DNA of 64,000 bases from an uncultured Chlamydiae bacterium (GTDB taxonomy: Bacteria > Chlamydiota > Chlamydiia > Chlamydiales > JAJFMA01), in NCBI GenBank assembly GCA_963713615.1, contig CAVQMM010000001.1, forward strand, positions 3,712,001 to 3,776,000, read 5' to 3'. Below are positions 1 to 10,727 of this stretch, in pieces (the stretch's first letter is position 1; the number at the start of each line of letters is the position of its first letter). The position numbers and the translations under genes are program-made. Under the pieces are notes generated by a model, which worked only from the letters and a program-made list of their open reading frames with translations, had not been told where the DNA came from and searched no databases.

Positions 1-2844
1 CGTCATAGGTGTCAATCCATGCTGGTCGAGAACGGTATCGTTCAAGCTAAACCTGTCTAAAGTTCTCTGAAGTACTTCGCAGCGGCATTTTCCTTGCGAT
101 CCGAGCATGTAGCTCATGTCCCGTACGTCTCTATTGCGCAAACATAAGGGGAGCTCATCGTCAAGAATAGATTCTTCTTCGAGGATTGTCACTTTCTCCG
201 CTGGACGTTGCATTTTGCGGTTCATGAGTTCAGTCCTAAGCGACTGCAATGCCAGGCTCGGATTTCCACTGAGATCCTTCACATATTGAAATCTCGCTGT
301 GATATAGGTTTCGACAGACCGTAGCTTTGTCGGGTCTTTAATTTGTTCAGCTGCAATTCCATCCAATATTCCGCGTTGGTCGCGGTTTAAGAAGTAAATT
401 AAACCCCTGCTCCAAAAGTCTAAACCATGATTGTTGGTGAACTGGAGTAACTGATCCTTACTGAGTTTGCTAGCCAGGAAGGGCATGATGAGACTTAATC
501 TTTCCTCAGGCAACGCGTTTCTACCTGCGGCTAGTAACTTTTCCATGTTTTGCTGGCAAAAAGATTCATCGGCCGCTAAAAGGCCCAATTGCCAACGGAA
601 ATTGTCTGCCCCGAAACTATGCCAATCTCTATCAAAAAAATAGGTTCGCCAATCTGATGCTATTTTTCGGGATAAGAACTTATCGGCAAATTCTTTGAAT
701 TCTTTTTTGTCTCCACGGTGAAGTTTTAGCAAGCAAGCCATTTCATAGGCTGCTTCAGAGGAACGTTCCCTTGGCTTGGTATCTATACACCAGGTAAAAT
801 ATAATTTATTAACAGTTGTCGCCGTTGGCCAGCGGTGAGGCAGCCCCATGCTGTTATAAATCTCTCTATAAAGACTACGAGCTTCTTCATTTGAGAGCTT
901 AAGTTTCTTCAGAACGGCTGTATATTGCGTGTAGGTCATTTCCTCAACCAACGCCAAAAAACGCTGAGAGCGAGTCTGGCCTCGTATGATTTGTTGTTCC
1001 ACGTAAGCAGGAGAGCCCGGTAGGATTCGATTTCGAAACAATGCTGCAAATTCCTGTGCTACCTTCGGAAAGTTACTTTTTGAAAGATGCTTCATCAGGG
1101 CAGCAGCCACTGATGGCGATGGAGCAGCTAGGCTTTGCTTCACTATATCTGATGAAATCTCAGCATCCTGTAGGACGGATTTTATAAAAGCTTCACCCTT
1201 GACCTGATCTAGAAGCAAAGCGTGTTCACAAACCTCCAGGAAAGAGGCCTTCACTTGTGGATTGCGAAAATTCGCTTTAAACCACTCAATTCCCTGACTA
1301 GATCTTGTGCTAGTAACCATGACTGAGACAATCTGAACCAACAGATTCATTCCACCGCTTTCTAGAAGGTCTCCAAATACACTGAGTATAGATTCCCATT
1401 GTGCATCGGAACATTGCTCATAGAGAGAATTGAAAAATTGACATTTTCGTTGTAGATCATCAGCCTTCGAAGGCTTGTAATTAATTGTGATATTAGTGCA
1501 GCGCAGGCTCTTTATTGAAGATTCAATAAATATTTTAAATTGATTGTCTTTTAAATGATTTACTGAAAACTTAACTAAATTATTTGAAGAGTTATCTCCT
1601 ATAATATAGGCGTTTAAAATACAGGCAATTCCTAAGGCACAGTTTTCCATACTGCTTTGAAGTTTAAATTTACTTAATAAATTCATCAAGTCATCGCAGT
1701 TCAATGTGCAAGCACATGTAGCTAATAAATAACAATAAAATGAATTAAAGTTATATTCTCTATTTTGCATTTTAATGCAATTATTATTCAATAAATCCAC
1801 AAGTCCCTTGCTATCAAATGCCCCTACTATGCCCTGTACTTGCCATGGAGGAATGGAAAAAATAAACGTAGAATTAGAACATGCAGCTTCGTCGATCTGT
1901 TTTAGCCAACCAGACTGTGTTTTGTATTGCTTGCAGCTATGATGCCATAGTTCCTCTGCAAGCTGATCATCTTGAGCATGCACATGGCGAAGGCTAGCAG
2001 CTATTTCGATAAGATCTAACCTGTTGTTTGGACTGTTTAGCACATCCTTAAAGCGTTGCGAATAACAGAGGGGGTAAGTCGTTTGCCTTACTTTTATGAA
2101 GGGACTAAGGTTTATTTTTGGATCCTGTGAGAAGTCGGACCACTGCTGATCGCTAAGTGCTAGCATTAGAGCAGCCCTTAATACATCACGTTCTTCGTCT
2201 TTGTTACGCATTTCATTATAAAGATATTTTACCCTCTCTAAGTCCATCGCAGGAACGATCGCTCTAAAAACACAGTGAATATTCTCCAAATCGAAAAGAG
2301 GTGAATTTAGAAAAGTTTTTGCGAGATCGAAATTAGCCATTATACTGAGAATCAGGACCCAATTCATTTGGCTTGGTGTGATATCTCGGGGTAGGAATTT
2401 GAATTGGTGTTGCTGGGTGATTCTCTGCATCGTACTAACAAGCTCTTGTGGAGGAAGGAGACCCATTAGAAGACCCACACGCTTGTTGATACACCAATAA
2501 AGGTCATTGGTTGGATCCAACACCAAGTATTTTAAGGACGTGATTAATTCTTTACGCTCCTGATCCGTCAGAACTAAGTGCAATACGCGGCCTATAGCTA
2601 TGTGGTTAAATGTACTGGTATCTTCATTGAACGGTTTGCTCTTGTTCATGACAAAATTAAAAACCTGGTGGATTGTGGAAAAACAATCGCGGAGCTGAAG
2701 TCCCAGTTCTTTACCCTTCTGAAAATCTTGATTGTTGCAGGCCCATGTATAAATTTGCTCTGTAATGTTAATTTCTTGATCTTTAGATGAACTATTATTT
2801 ATTTTTGAGGATGAATTAATTGGATTGTTATTAACAGGTTGCAT
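1..2844 (-). CDS. Large orphan protein (>948 aa, runs off the left edge), effector-like
   Basis: Not in the ORF track. ATG at 2844 reads MQPVNNNPINSSSKINNSSSKDQE..., and the frame was open in every segment I translated, including 1-180 and 901-1140. It has an Asn/Ser-rich N-terminus and an AT-rich upstream region. Confidence 0.85.
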   Translation of the reverse strand, partial: MQPVNNNPINSSSKINNSSSKDQEINITEQIYTWACNNQDFQKGKELGLQLRDCFSTIHQVFNFVMNKSKPFNEDTSTFNHIAIGRVLHLVLTDQERKELITSLKYLVLDPTNDLYWCINKRVGLLMGLLPPQELVSTMQRITQQHQFKFLPRDITPSQMNWVLILSIMANFDLAKTFLNSPLFDLENIHCVFRAIVPAMDLERVKYLYNEMRNKDEERDVLRAALMLALSDQQWSDFSQDPKINLSPFIKVRQTTYPLCYSQRFKDVLNSPNNRLDLIEIAASLRHVHAQDDQLAEELWHHSCKQYKTQSGWLKQIDEAACSNSTFIFSIPPWQVQGIVGAFDSKGLVDLLNNNCIKMQNREYNFNSFYCYLLATCACTLNCDDLMNLLSKFKLQSSMENCALGIACILNAYIIGDNSSNNLVKFSVNHLKDNQFKIFIESSIKSLRCTNITINYKPSKADDLQRKCQFFNSLYEQCSDAQWESILSVFGDLLESGGMNLLVQIVSVMVTSTRSSQGIEWFKANFRNPQVKASFLEVCEHALLLDQVKGEAFIKSVLQDAEISSDIVKQSLAAPSPSVAAALMKHLSKSNFPKVAQEFAALFRNRILPGSPAYVEQQIIRGQTRSQRFLALVEEMTYTQYTAVLKKLKLSNEEARSLYREIYNSMGLPHRWPTATTVNKLYFTWCIDTKPRERSSEAAYEMACLLKLHRGDKKEFKEFADKFLSRKIASDWRTYFFDRDWHSFGADNFRWQLGLLAADESFCQQNMEKLLAAGRNALPEERLSLIMPFLASKLSKDQLLQFTNNHGLDFWSRGLIYFLNRDQRGILDGIAAEQIKDPTKLRSVETYITARFQYVKDLSGNPSLALQSLRTELMNRKMQRPAEKVTILEEESILDDELPLCLRNRDVRDMSYMLGSQGKCRCEVLQRTLDRFSLNDTVLDQHGLTPMT

Positions 2845-3265
2845 ATATTTAACTTTTAGTTATTTATTAATGATATAATGCATAAAAATATACGAGGAAT
2901 AACTGTTTTTTGCAATAGATAGCGTGAAAGAATGCGAGTCAAGACATTACAGCCAGAAAGCTACTTGGCCGCAACTCAACATACCGCAAAACCTCTGGCA
3001 GCCAGAAATCAATAATAGGCCTCAAGACAATGCTGGGCTCGGATTTCCATAGGAAAGAGGCCTACTAAGCTGCATTGGAGGAACGGGAAATATGTTTTAA
3101 ATTTTTTATTTTTCTTCTCAGCGGCACTGCGTCTCAGCGCCTCTGCGTCAAATTTTTAATCCATTAATTTCTAAACTGATGCGTTCCGTCTCAAGTCTTC
3201 CCAAGAACCAAAAAAATCAGCCATGCAACACGACACATTCCATGACTGTCCACGAAGGGAATTCG

Positions 3266-4348
3266 CTATTCGCTAAGACCTGATCGATAATAGAGGTCCA
3301 TGGTTAGTAACCCTAAGGCAAAACCAGTAACAAGACCAACAGTTAGGGTTGTCCATGGGTAGCCGGAGGCGTTTCCTAAATTGCGAGGTTTGGATAGTGA
3401 ATGGTGAGATTCTTGTAGTTTTGTAAATGACTGTTTTAAACGTGGACTGGCTCTTGATGGAACAGAAAGAGGGCTGGGCAGATGAGCGCGAAAATCTGGA
3501 GTTCGTGGGTTGCTAATTCGGCTGGGTGGGGGGCTTAGGTATGAGGATGGACTGACCTCTGGTTGCTCGGCGTAAAGCCCCTGACGTATCCATAACATGG
3601 CGCAAACGGCTGGCGATGTTTCAATAAGGTCCCATATTTCAGGACATGCTGTAAGTAGGAAAAGCGTTTCCAGCACTTCTGCATCCAAGAAGTGAGGTCT
3701 TTTGGCGATTTTCTTCCAATCGGTGTTGAGTTGTTCTATGAACTGTTTCCAATATTCTATCTCCTCAGAAGCTAAATCAAGGTCGGAAGCTAGGCATTGC
3801 CGAGCGGTCAGACAATGGCGCGATATGTCGTCAAGAACAGGCAAGGAGTCGGGCCGTGAGATTCCAAAGGGGGAATCAACAAATTTTGAAGAACTCCTCG
3901 TCTCAGCATATGGGCTCAGATAGGAATCAGCATCTATTTGGCCACGCAATCTGCTCACCGCAGTCACTAAGGGACTCCGAAAGCGCCGCGGAGAAGGCAA
4001 GGGACTAGCTGGAGACCATGGGATAGGTGGGTTGTTAGGTTCAGCTTCTAGCCCTTGATGTATCCACAGCATGGCACATGCAGCAGGGGAGTTTTCAATT
4101 AGTGCCCACACCTCCGGAACTTTCGTTAATAGGAAAACTGTTTTTAATACATCAGGATCGAAGTAATTTGGATTGTCAGTGATTGCTTTCCAATCGTTAT
4201 TAATCTTTTGGATGAAAGCGCTCCAATAGGCTATTTGCACTCTATCCAAAGTGCCATTTTTTTTTTCTTCTGATGCAAAAATGTCTTGCACGGTTGCACA
4301 ATGTGGGGCAAGCTCGTCGGGCAGAAATTTGTAGGTCACAGAATCCAT
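3266..4348 (-). CDS. Hypothetical protein with two copies of a ~85-aa domain and a C-terminal transmembrane anchor
   Basis: ORF 3266..4498, with a likely start at MDSVTYKF (4348, GGAG upstream). The motif YW..FI...N.DWK.I...P...D..VL.T.FLLT..PE.W.LIE.SPA.CAMLWI.QGL occurs twice, and the C-terminus is hydrophobic. Confidence 0.8.
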   Translation of the reverse strand: MDSVTYKFLPDELAPHCATVQDIFASEEKKNGTLDRVQIAYWSAFIQKINNDWKAITDNPNYFDPDVLKTVFLLTKVPEVWALIENSPAACAMLWIHQGLEAEPNNPPIPWSPASPLPSPRRFRSPLVTAVSRLRGQIDADSYLSPYAETRSSSKFVDSPFGISRPDSLPVLDDISRHCLTARQCLASDLDLASEEIEYWKQFIEQLNTDWKKIAKRPHFLDAEVLETLFLLTACPEIWDLIETSPAVCAMLWIRQGLYAEQPEVSPSSYLSPPPSRISNPRTPDFRAHLPSPLSVPSRASPRLKQSFTKLQESHHSLSKPRNLGNASGYPWTTLTVGLVTGFALGLLTMDLYYRSGLSE

Positions 4349-4458
4349 GAGTGAGGGGGCTCCGTCAAAAATTAGGTTGGAAAATGAATAGTGGATATAA
4401 AATACACCAGGCTTGGTTTGGAAACAATAACAACCCGCTTTAGAACCATAGGTGCGCA

Positions 4459-5331
4459 TTGATTTTTCAAACGACGTTGACCATACATACATCGTCAAAT
4501 GCGGTGTTGGACAATATTCAAGGCCTTCTGCAGCATGGTGGACTAAAAAATCGTGTTTTAGCTGGAGGATATGCAGGATTTGAGCTGCCGTTGATTTGTA
4601 GCCTTGAAGCTATAACAGGAAGGACACACACGGGCAAAGCTTTTGCGCATCTTATTGCCAGCGGCCTGACGGCTCCGATAGCCTTGCTTTGGCCTGAGCT
4701 TGCCTTGATCGTTGCTCGTCAATTGGGAGTATCGGCCAAATCGCTTCAAAGCTTGCCGGTCAGAGTACAAGAAGTTGTTGGAGATTTTTTAAAACAGACC
4801 GCTATTTTTTTTAAACAACGTAGCACGATCCGAGTCATCAAAGTCAGTGGCTGTCTTGTGGTGGGCTTGTTGGGATACAAAGCCTATAGTCTTGGGCATT
4901 CGGTCATTAAAGCGGGCCAGGAAATTATTAATACGGTGTTTGAAATCAAAGGAAAAGGGGAGAAGACTCTGGAGAATGTGAACAATGCTATGGATATCGT
5001 CACCATGATTAGTTCAAATTTAGTCCATTTTGCAACACTTGGAACCGTCATTTTCGCTTTTCTGACCTACAAGTTTGGGCCTCGGGTGTTAGGGGCGGTT
5101 AGACGTAGATTACCCGCTTATCCCTGGGCTAAAAAGCCCATAAGGGCCCCAGGGTCTCCAGGGGTTATGGTAGAAGCTCTTAGAAATAAATTTGAGCTTG
5201 CTAATGGTAAGCATCTTTATAACCCGCAGCAGGGGTTTAAGGGGTTGCCTTCGGTTAACCAGGCACCTTCGCAGGCACAAGAGAGGGCTGCACAAGGGAA
5301 GCCTTCTGAGAAGCCTTGGAACAGTTCTTAA
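4459..5331 (+). CDS. Hypothetical membrane protein (start uncertain)
   Basis: 290-aa ORF with several hydrophobic stretches and no recognised motif. Confidence 0.65.
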   Translation: MIFQTTLTIHTSSNAVLDNIQGLLQHGGLKNRVLAGGYAGFELPLICSLEAITGRTHTGKAFAHLIASGLTAPIALLWPELALIVARQLGVSAKSLQSLPVRVQEVVGDFLKQTAIFFKQRSTIRVIKVSGCLVVGLLGYKAYSLGHSVIKAGQEIINTVFEIKGKGEKTLENVNNAMDIVTMISSNLVHFATLGTVIFAFLTYKFGPRVLGAVRRRLPAYPWAKKPIRAPGSPGVMVEALRNKFELANGKHLYNPQQGFKGLPSVNQAPSQAQERAAQGKPSEKPWNSS

Positions 5332-5800
5332 ATGTCCATTACTGTCCAGGTAATTGCAAAATTATTTGAGCCATTGAGGATCGATTCTTGGGGAAAAAGG
5401 GAACCTTTTTTGGCGAGAAGGCGATTCTGGAGAGCTCAAATTGCATGGCAGTGAAGAGATTGGCTTTTACCCCTTCCCAGGCCCGAAGGGTCGATATTGC
5501 CATAAGACGCCGGTTTACACACACCGTTTCTGCATACGTTTTATAGCAGCCCTACAGGCTGCGAAATCCCCTCCTGGTATATACCAGGGCGATGCCCTGG
5601 CCTGTTGCAATATCGACCCTTCGGGCCTGAGAAGGGAATGGCTCTCTTTTCATCGGCGTCCGATTTGACTAAATTGACTTCGAGAAATCGAACTTCTGCA
5701 ATTACCTCATAGTGTCCATTTCTGTCCATAAAGTCCATTTACTGCCAGTCGACAATGGACATTATGGACAGCAATGGACACTATTTATGGACATGTTAAA
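5332..5800. repeat. Nested palindromic repeat cluster: (G)AGGTAATTGCA...TGCAATTACCTC element (5348-5708) among GTCCAT/ATGGAC repeats
   Basis: Terminal inverted repeats, plus inner inverted CCCAGGCCCGAAGGGTCGATATTGC arms shared with 17315, 27149 and 38449. Confidence 0.85.
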
Positions 5801-5931
5801 ACAAGAAATTTAATCTTAAAAAATAGTTCTCACCGATTCTGGCAGGCGATATGGTAAAAAAGCCTTTAACATAGGTTCCTCTGGATTTTCATTGTGTTGC
5901 CCATTATGATTCGATGGCTTCCAGGGGCATT

Positions 5932-7062
5932 ATGTCTGACACACACGCAACGAGTAAAAAGATCATTATCAGTGCAGGGGGGACCGGCGGTCACCTGTTC
6001 CCTGCTTTGGCTTTGGCACAAGCGCTTCAGGGCGCGGCAGAATTGTTATTTGTGGGCGGTGGACTCGCCACAAATCCCTATTTTGATCGTGAATCCTTCC
6101 ATTTTAAAGAAATTCCCTGTGGGTCTTTTGTGAGTAAGAAGCCATGGCGTCTTGCTAAAGCGTTATGGAATATTTTTCGCGGAATCCGCCATAGCATTGC
6201 GTTATTTCGGCATTTGCGTCCTGATGTCGTTGTGGGTTTTGGCAGTTTTTATAGCTTTCCGCCTCTTGTTGCGGCACGACTGCTGCGCATTCCGATCGTT
6301 CTCTACGCTGCCGATGCCATTCCGGGACGGGTGGTTCGCCTAGTCGCTCCTTATGCTCACGTTACTGGAACACATTTTGCTCCTACAGCCGCCTTACTGA
6401 AGGGGATTTCCACACCTGTGGGCATGCCTCTACGCGAGACCCTCCGGGCAGACCGCAAGTCTGCTGCAGAAGCTCGAAACTACTTTGGTCTCGACCCTCA
6501 AACCCCCACTCTGCTAATCTTTGGCGGATCACAAGGGGCGCAACGGCTTAATGAATTAATTCTTGAGGGCCTTGAGGATCTTGCCTGCCAAGTCACTAGA
6601 CCCTGGCAGGTGCTGCATTTTACCGGTAACGAGGACGCTGTGATTGCTACGCGAACAAAGTATGAGAAACAGGGCGTCCGTGCATGCGTAAAAGGGTTTG
6701 AAGCGCGTATGGGTTTGGCGTGGTCTGCTGCCAGTTTGGTTGTTTGCCGCTCGGGTGCTGGCACCATCGCTGAAATACAGCAGTTTGAAGTCCCTGCGGT
6801 TTTAGTGCCCTACCCTTATGCGACCGATGCCCATCAAGACCACAATGCCGATATTCTTGTCGCATGCCAGGGGGCAATCAAGTTGTCGCAGCCGACCCTT
6901 GAAGCTTCGGTGTTGGCAGCGCAACTAGCGCGACTTTTAAACGATGATGGGGGGGGCTTGACTCATATGCACCAAGCCCTGGCATTGGCCCAGCAGAATG
7001 TCGTAAAGCAAACTTTAGCAGGTTTAGTTTGGGAAACTCTAAAAAATACGAAGGCATCATGA
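5932..7062 (+). CDS. murG: Undecaprenyldiphospho-muramoylpentapeptide GlcNAc transferase
   Basis: GGTGGHLFP, GGSQGA, RSGAGT and HQDHNA motifs. Confidence 0.96.
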   Translation: MSDTHATSKKIIISAGGTGGHLFPALALAQALQGAAELLFVGGGLATNPYFDRESFHFKEIPCGSFVSKKPWRLAKALWNIFRGIRHSIALFRHLRPDVVVGFGSFYSFPPLVAARLLRIPIVLYAADAIPGRVVRLVAPYAHVTGTHFAPTAALLKGISTPVGMPLRETLRADRKSAAEARNYFGLDPQTPTLLIFGGSQGAQRLNELILEGLEDLACQVTRPWQVLHFTGNEDAVIATRTKYEKQGVRACVKGFEARMGLAWSAASLVVCRSGAGTIAEIQQFEVPAVLVPYPYATDAHQDHNADILVACQGAIKLSQPTLEASVLAAQLARLLNDDGGGLTHMHQALALAQQNVVKQTLAGLVWETLKNTKAS

Positions 7063-9470
7063 AGACGGAACAGTGCCATTTTATTGGAATCGGTGGCATA
7101 GGCATGAGCGGCTTGGCGCGCATTTTGCTCCAACGCAAACAAGTGGTCTCTGGCAGTGACTTGGCTGCTACCTCAGTGACCCAAGCCCTGACCAAACTGG
7201 GAGCTAAGGTGCATGAAGGTCACAGTGAAGAGCATCTTCCGCATGAAGCGACTGTGGTGATTTCGTCAGATATCAAGCCGGAAAACCTCGAATATCAGGC
7301 CGCTCTCAAGCTCAAGTTACCCATTATTCATCGTTCCGATCTCCTCGTACAGTTGATGGAAGGGCATAAAGGGCTTACAGTAACAGGAACACACGGTAAG
7401 ACGACGACTTCAGCACTACTTGCTTGGGTGCTGTTGCATGCTGGCTTGGACCCTGCCTTCGCCATCGGTGGATGGCTGCCGGGCATTGATGCCAATGCTT
7501 CAGCCGGAAAAGGCGAATATTTTGTGGCAGAAGCTGATGAAAGCGATGGTTCTTTCGTGAAGTATCGCTCCTTTGGCGCTATCATCACCAATATTGATCA
7601 CGACCACATGAACCACTTTGGCACCGAAACGAAGTTGGTGAATGCCTTTAAACAGTTTACTAAACATGTCTCCAACCCTCAGCATTTTTTCTGGTGTGGT
7701 GATGACGCCTTGTTGCGTCGCATCTCTCCGCAGGGCATTAGTTACGGTTTTGGAGCAGACTGCAGTATGCGATTGAGCGCTTATCGTCAAAATGGCTGGA
7801 GCTGTTTGTTTAATCTGAGTTGGGCAGGACGCGAAATCCTCGATATCGAAGTCGCTCTTCCGGGAGTTCATAGTGCGCTAAATGCTGCGGCAGTGTTTGG
7901 TTTGGCCAGCTCTTTAAACATTCCCGAAACGGCTATTCGCGAAGCGTTCAGGACTTTTTCGGGTATTAAACGTCGCTGTGAACGCAAAGGCGACCATCGT
8001 GGCATCCTAGTTCTGGATGACTATGCCCATCATCCTGCAGAAATCGATACTACCCTTAAGGGTATTCGCAGAGCGGTTGGAGAGCGCCGTTTGATCGCTG
8101 TCTTCCAGCCTCACCGTTTTACGCGTACCAAGCACTGCATGGGGCAATTTAAAAATGTCTTCGATGTTGCAGATGAAGTACTCATCACAGATATTTATGC
8201 TGCAAATGAAGAGGCGCTTCCAAAGATATCCGCTGAGGCGATTGTCCATGAAGTGGAAAAGCACTCGTCTGTTCCCGTTCGCTATGTTCCCAGAAATAGT
8301 CTCAGAAGTACCTTGGTGACTATTGCAAGACCTCATGATGTCATCCTGACCATGGGGGCTGGTGACATCACTAAACTATCAGGGGAGCTTGCGGAACACT
8401 TCGCCGATCAAAATCCTAAGAGAATGACTGTTGGTTTTATCTGTGGTGGCGCTTCGGTAGAACATGAGGTGTCATGCTTATCGTCCAAACAAATGTTACC
8501 ACATTTGAAAACGGATTATTACGAAGTTAAGCTCTTTGGAATTACCAAAGAGGCGAAATGGCTTGTTGGAGACGACGTTCTAGAAAAGCTTGCTAATGTC
8601 TCCAAGGGTGTCGCTGACAGCCAGCGTAGCCATCCCATTTCGCAGGAGGTCTTGGCTCAGCTTTTGACTTGCGATGTGCTTGTTCCCATGTTGCATGGCT
8701 CTAATGGCGAAGATGGCACCATCCAAGGTTTTTTTGATGTGTTGGGCAAAGCCTACGTGGGATGTGATCAGCGTGCTTCGGCCATTTGCATGGACAAGGT
8801 AGTCACTAAACAGCTAGCCATGGCTGCTGGTGTTCCTGTGGCACCGTTCATTTCGTTCTCAGCACATGAGTGGCAGCGAAATCCTGAAGGCTTGTTAACC
8901 AGTGTCAACAGCACTCTAACGTGGCCCCTTTTCCTCAAACCTCGACATCTTGGATCAAGCATCGAAATTCATCGTGTCACGAATGTCGAAGAGTTTCGCA
9001 ACGCTGTCGAGCGCATTTTACGCGTCGATACGCATGTCGTGGTGGAGACGGAGATGCTCATGCGCGAGCTTGAATTTGGTGTGATCGGTAATGATGATCC
9101 ATTTGTCATGCCCCCAGGGGAGATCTTTTCGGCGGGGCGTATTCACTCCTACGCGGGAAAGTACAGTGACAACCCAACTCCAGATACAACCAAAGCTGAG
9201 TTATCCGATCAAGCTATCGAAGAGGGCAAAGCTTGGGCGATCAAAGCCTATAAGGCGGCGGGCTGCCAGGGGTTAGCGCGCATCGACTTTTTCTTTGACC
9301 AAGATAACCATTATTGGCTTAGTGAGATTAATACTCTGCCGGGATGCACAAAAAACAGCATGTTCCCTCGCCTTTGTGTCGACAACGCTTTGCCTTTGAC
9401 CGAAGTGATGAACCGTTTGATCATCTTGGCATTGGCCCGACGACGGTCTTTGCAGCGTTTAGTTGTGTAG
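7059..9470 (+). CDS. murC-ddl: Bifunctional UDP-MurNAc-L-Ala ligase / D-Ala-D-Ala ligase (chlamydial fusion)
   Basis: MurC motifs GIGGIGMSG, GTHGKTTT, EADESDGSF and DDYAHHP, then Ddl motifs GGASVEHEVS, LHGSNGEDG and EINTLPG. ATGA overlap with the murG stop. Confidence 0.96.
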   Translation: MKTEQCHFIGIGGIGMSGLARILLQRKQVVSGSDLAATSVTQALTKLGAKVHEGHSEEHLPHEATVVISSDIKPENLEYQAALKLKLPIIHRSDLLVQLMEGHKGLTVTGTHGKTTTSALLAWVLLHAGLDPAFAIGGWLPGIDANASAGKGEYFVAEADESDGSFVKYRSFGAIITNIDHDHMNHFGTETKLVNAFKQFTKHVSNPQHFFWCGDDALLRRISPQGISYGFGADCSMRLSAYRQNGWSCLFNLSWAGREILDIEVALPGVHSALNAAAVFGLASSLNIPETAIREAFRTFSGIKRRCERKGDHRGILVLDDYAHHPAEIDTTLKGIRRAVGERRLIAVFQPHRFTRTKHCMGQFKNVFDVADEVLITDIYAANEEALPKISAEAIVHEVEKHSSVPVRYVPRNSLRSTLVTIARPHDVILTMGAGDITKLSGELAEHFADQNPKRMTVGFICGGASVEHEVSCLSSKQMLPHLKTDYYEVKLFGITKEAKWLVGDDVLEKLANVSKGVADSQRSHPISQEVLAQLLTCDVLVPMLHGSNGEDGTIQGFFDVLGKAYVGCDQRASAICMDKVVTKQLAMAAGVPVAPFISFSAHEWQRNPEGLLTSVNSTLTWPLFLKPRHLGSSIEIHRVTNVEEFRNAVERILRVDTHVVVETEMLMRELEFGVIGNDDPFVMPPGEIFSAGRIHSYAGKYSDNPTPDTTKAELSDQAIEEGKAWAIKAYKAAGCQGLARIDFFFDQDNHYWLSEINTLPGCTKNSMFPRLCVDNALPLTEVMNRLIILALARRRSLQRLVV

Positions 9471-9476
9471 CTAAGG

Positions 9477-10352
9477 ATGAAGCAGCGACTTCCTCTCAAA
9501 CGTGCTATCGCCTGGATCTTGGTGAGCTCCTTACTGATCTCTGGATCAGCAACGGCAGCTTGGTATTACTTCCAGTTTGTTGTAGGGGAGAGACGTCTCG
9601 ACCCTGCCTTCGATATTTCGATTTTGGTGCAGACCGGGCCCGAGCGTGAAGCCCTAAAAAGTGATTGTCTTGCCGAGCTGCTCGGAATCTCTGGGGACAA
9701 GCCGACAAGCATTTACGATTTCGATGTCGAGCATGCCACAGCACAGCTTCTGGCTTGTCCGGTAATCAAAGAGGCTGTTGTACGCACCTATAGCCCTAAT
9801 ACCATCTATGTCGATTATGCCATCCGCAAGCCTATCGCGTATCTGGGCGATTATACTAACACAGCCATCGATGCGCAGGGGTATTGCTTTCCTAGTGAGC
9901 CCTATTATACCCCTAAAAAGTTACCCCAATTTTACTTAGGATTGCCTTCTTCAATAGTCACAGAGGATTTATGGGGTAAACCTGTTCAGCAAGAGTCCTT
10001 CACCTTAGCGACTGCTGTATTTGAAACGGCTACACGCATTCTCGGTAGCGACGGCACGCGAATCGTCAAAGTCGATACTTCCATGGCTTTTGCAGATAGC
10101 TATGGTCAGCGCCAAATTGTTCTCGTGATCGAAGAGGTCACTAGTCTTTGCAGAGGATTCGAGACAGTTCTTTGCTATACGCCTAGAATCCTGCGGCTGG
10201 CGACAATCCATTATGAAGAAACTTTACGCGATTATACTGCTCTGCGGCCCTATCTGCGTCAGCAGATCGTTGTGGCAACCGATCAGCCTGTTTTTCGGGC
10301 TCCCACAGTCGTTGTCGATTTGCGTTTACCCAACCTAGCCTATCTTTTTTAA
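9477..10352 (+). CDS. ftsQ: FtsQ/DivIB-like cell division protein
   Basis: N-terminal TM, a POTRA-like segment (CPVIKEAVVRTYSPNTIYVDYAIRKPIAY), C-terminal VDLR, and position after murC-ddl. Confidence 0.75.
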   Translation: MKQRLPLKRAIAWILVSSLLISGSATAAWYYFQFVVGERRLDPAFDISILVQTGPEREALKSDCLAELLGISGDKPTSIYDFDVEHATAQLLACPVIKEAVVRTYSPNTIYVDYAIRKPIAYLGDYTNTAIDAQGYCFPSEPYYTPKKLPQFYLGLPSSIVTEDLWGKPVQQESFTLATAVFETATRILGSDGTRIVKVDTSMAFADSYGQRQIVLVIEEVTSLCRGFETVLCYTPRILRLATIHYEETLRDYTALRPYLRQQIVVATDQPVFRAPTVVVDLRLPNLAYLF

Positions 10353-10456
10353 CGCAAAGAGAAGAAGGAGGAGGAGAGGGTTGAGGAGAGGAGTTAGGAA
10401 TTTTCACCGCCGAGGCGCCGAGACACCGAGATAGGAGAGAGAGGATTAGGAAAGAG
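10346..10456 (+). repeat. Left arm of a ~110-bp inverted repeat (family A: TTTTCACCGCCGAGGCGCCGAGACACCGAGATAGGAGAG)
   Basis: Near-perfect reverse complement of 14431-14550. Confidence 0.92.
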
Positions 10457-10659
10457 GAGGAGAGAATGTCCCGTCTGTGGGGCCTTGGGCAAGCCCTATC
10501 TAAGGGCATCTTGAAGCCACATTGAAGAGCCTAGGATCTTCATAGAAACGCATATCGCAGAGCACGACCTTTCATTGGAACAATAGAGGGCTGTCACCAA
10601 CGTTCTCTGGTCAATCCCTAGAAAATCGACCTAAGTTTGCTTTTATTTAATGGATTTCG

Positions 10660-10727
10660 TATAATGTGACTATGGATCGGACATTTCCGGTCGGCTTTAA
10701 GCCTCGGTTTATCCGGGGCTTTCTGCT
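10660..10727 (-). ncRNA. Putative DUF3800-associated RNA motif
   Basis: Directly after the DUF3800 stop the minus strand reads AGCAGAAAGCCCCGGATAAACCGAGGCTTAAAGCCGACCGGAAATGTCCGATCCA, forming two hairpins. Structured RNA motifs associated with DUF3800 genes are known. Confidence 0.6.

Noticed and set aside
7059..9470. murC-ddl fusion as a novelty
   Set aside because: This is an established feature of Chlamydiae.
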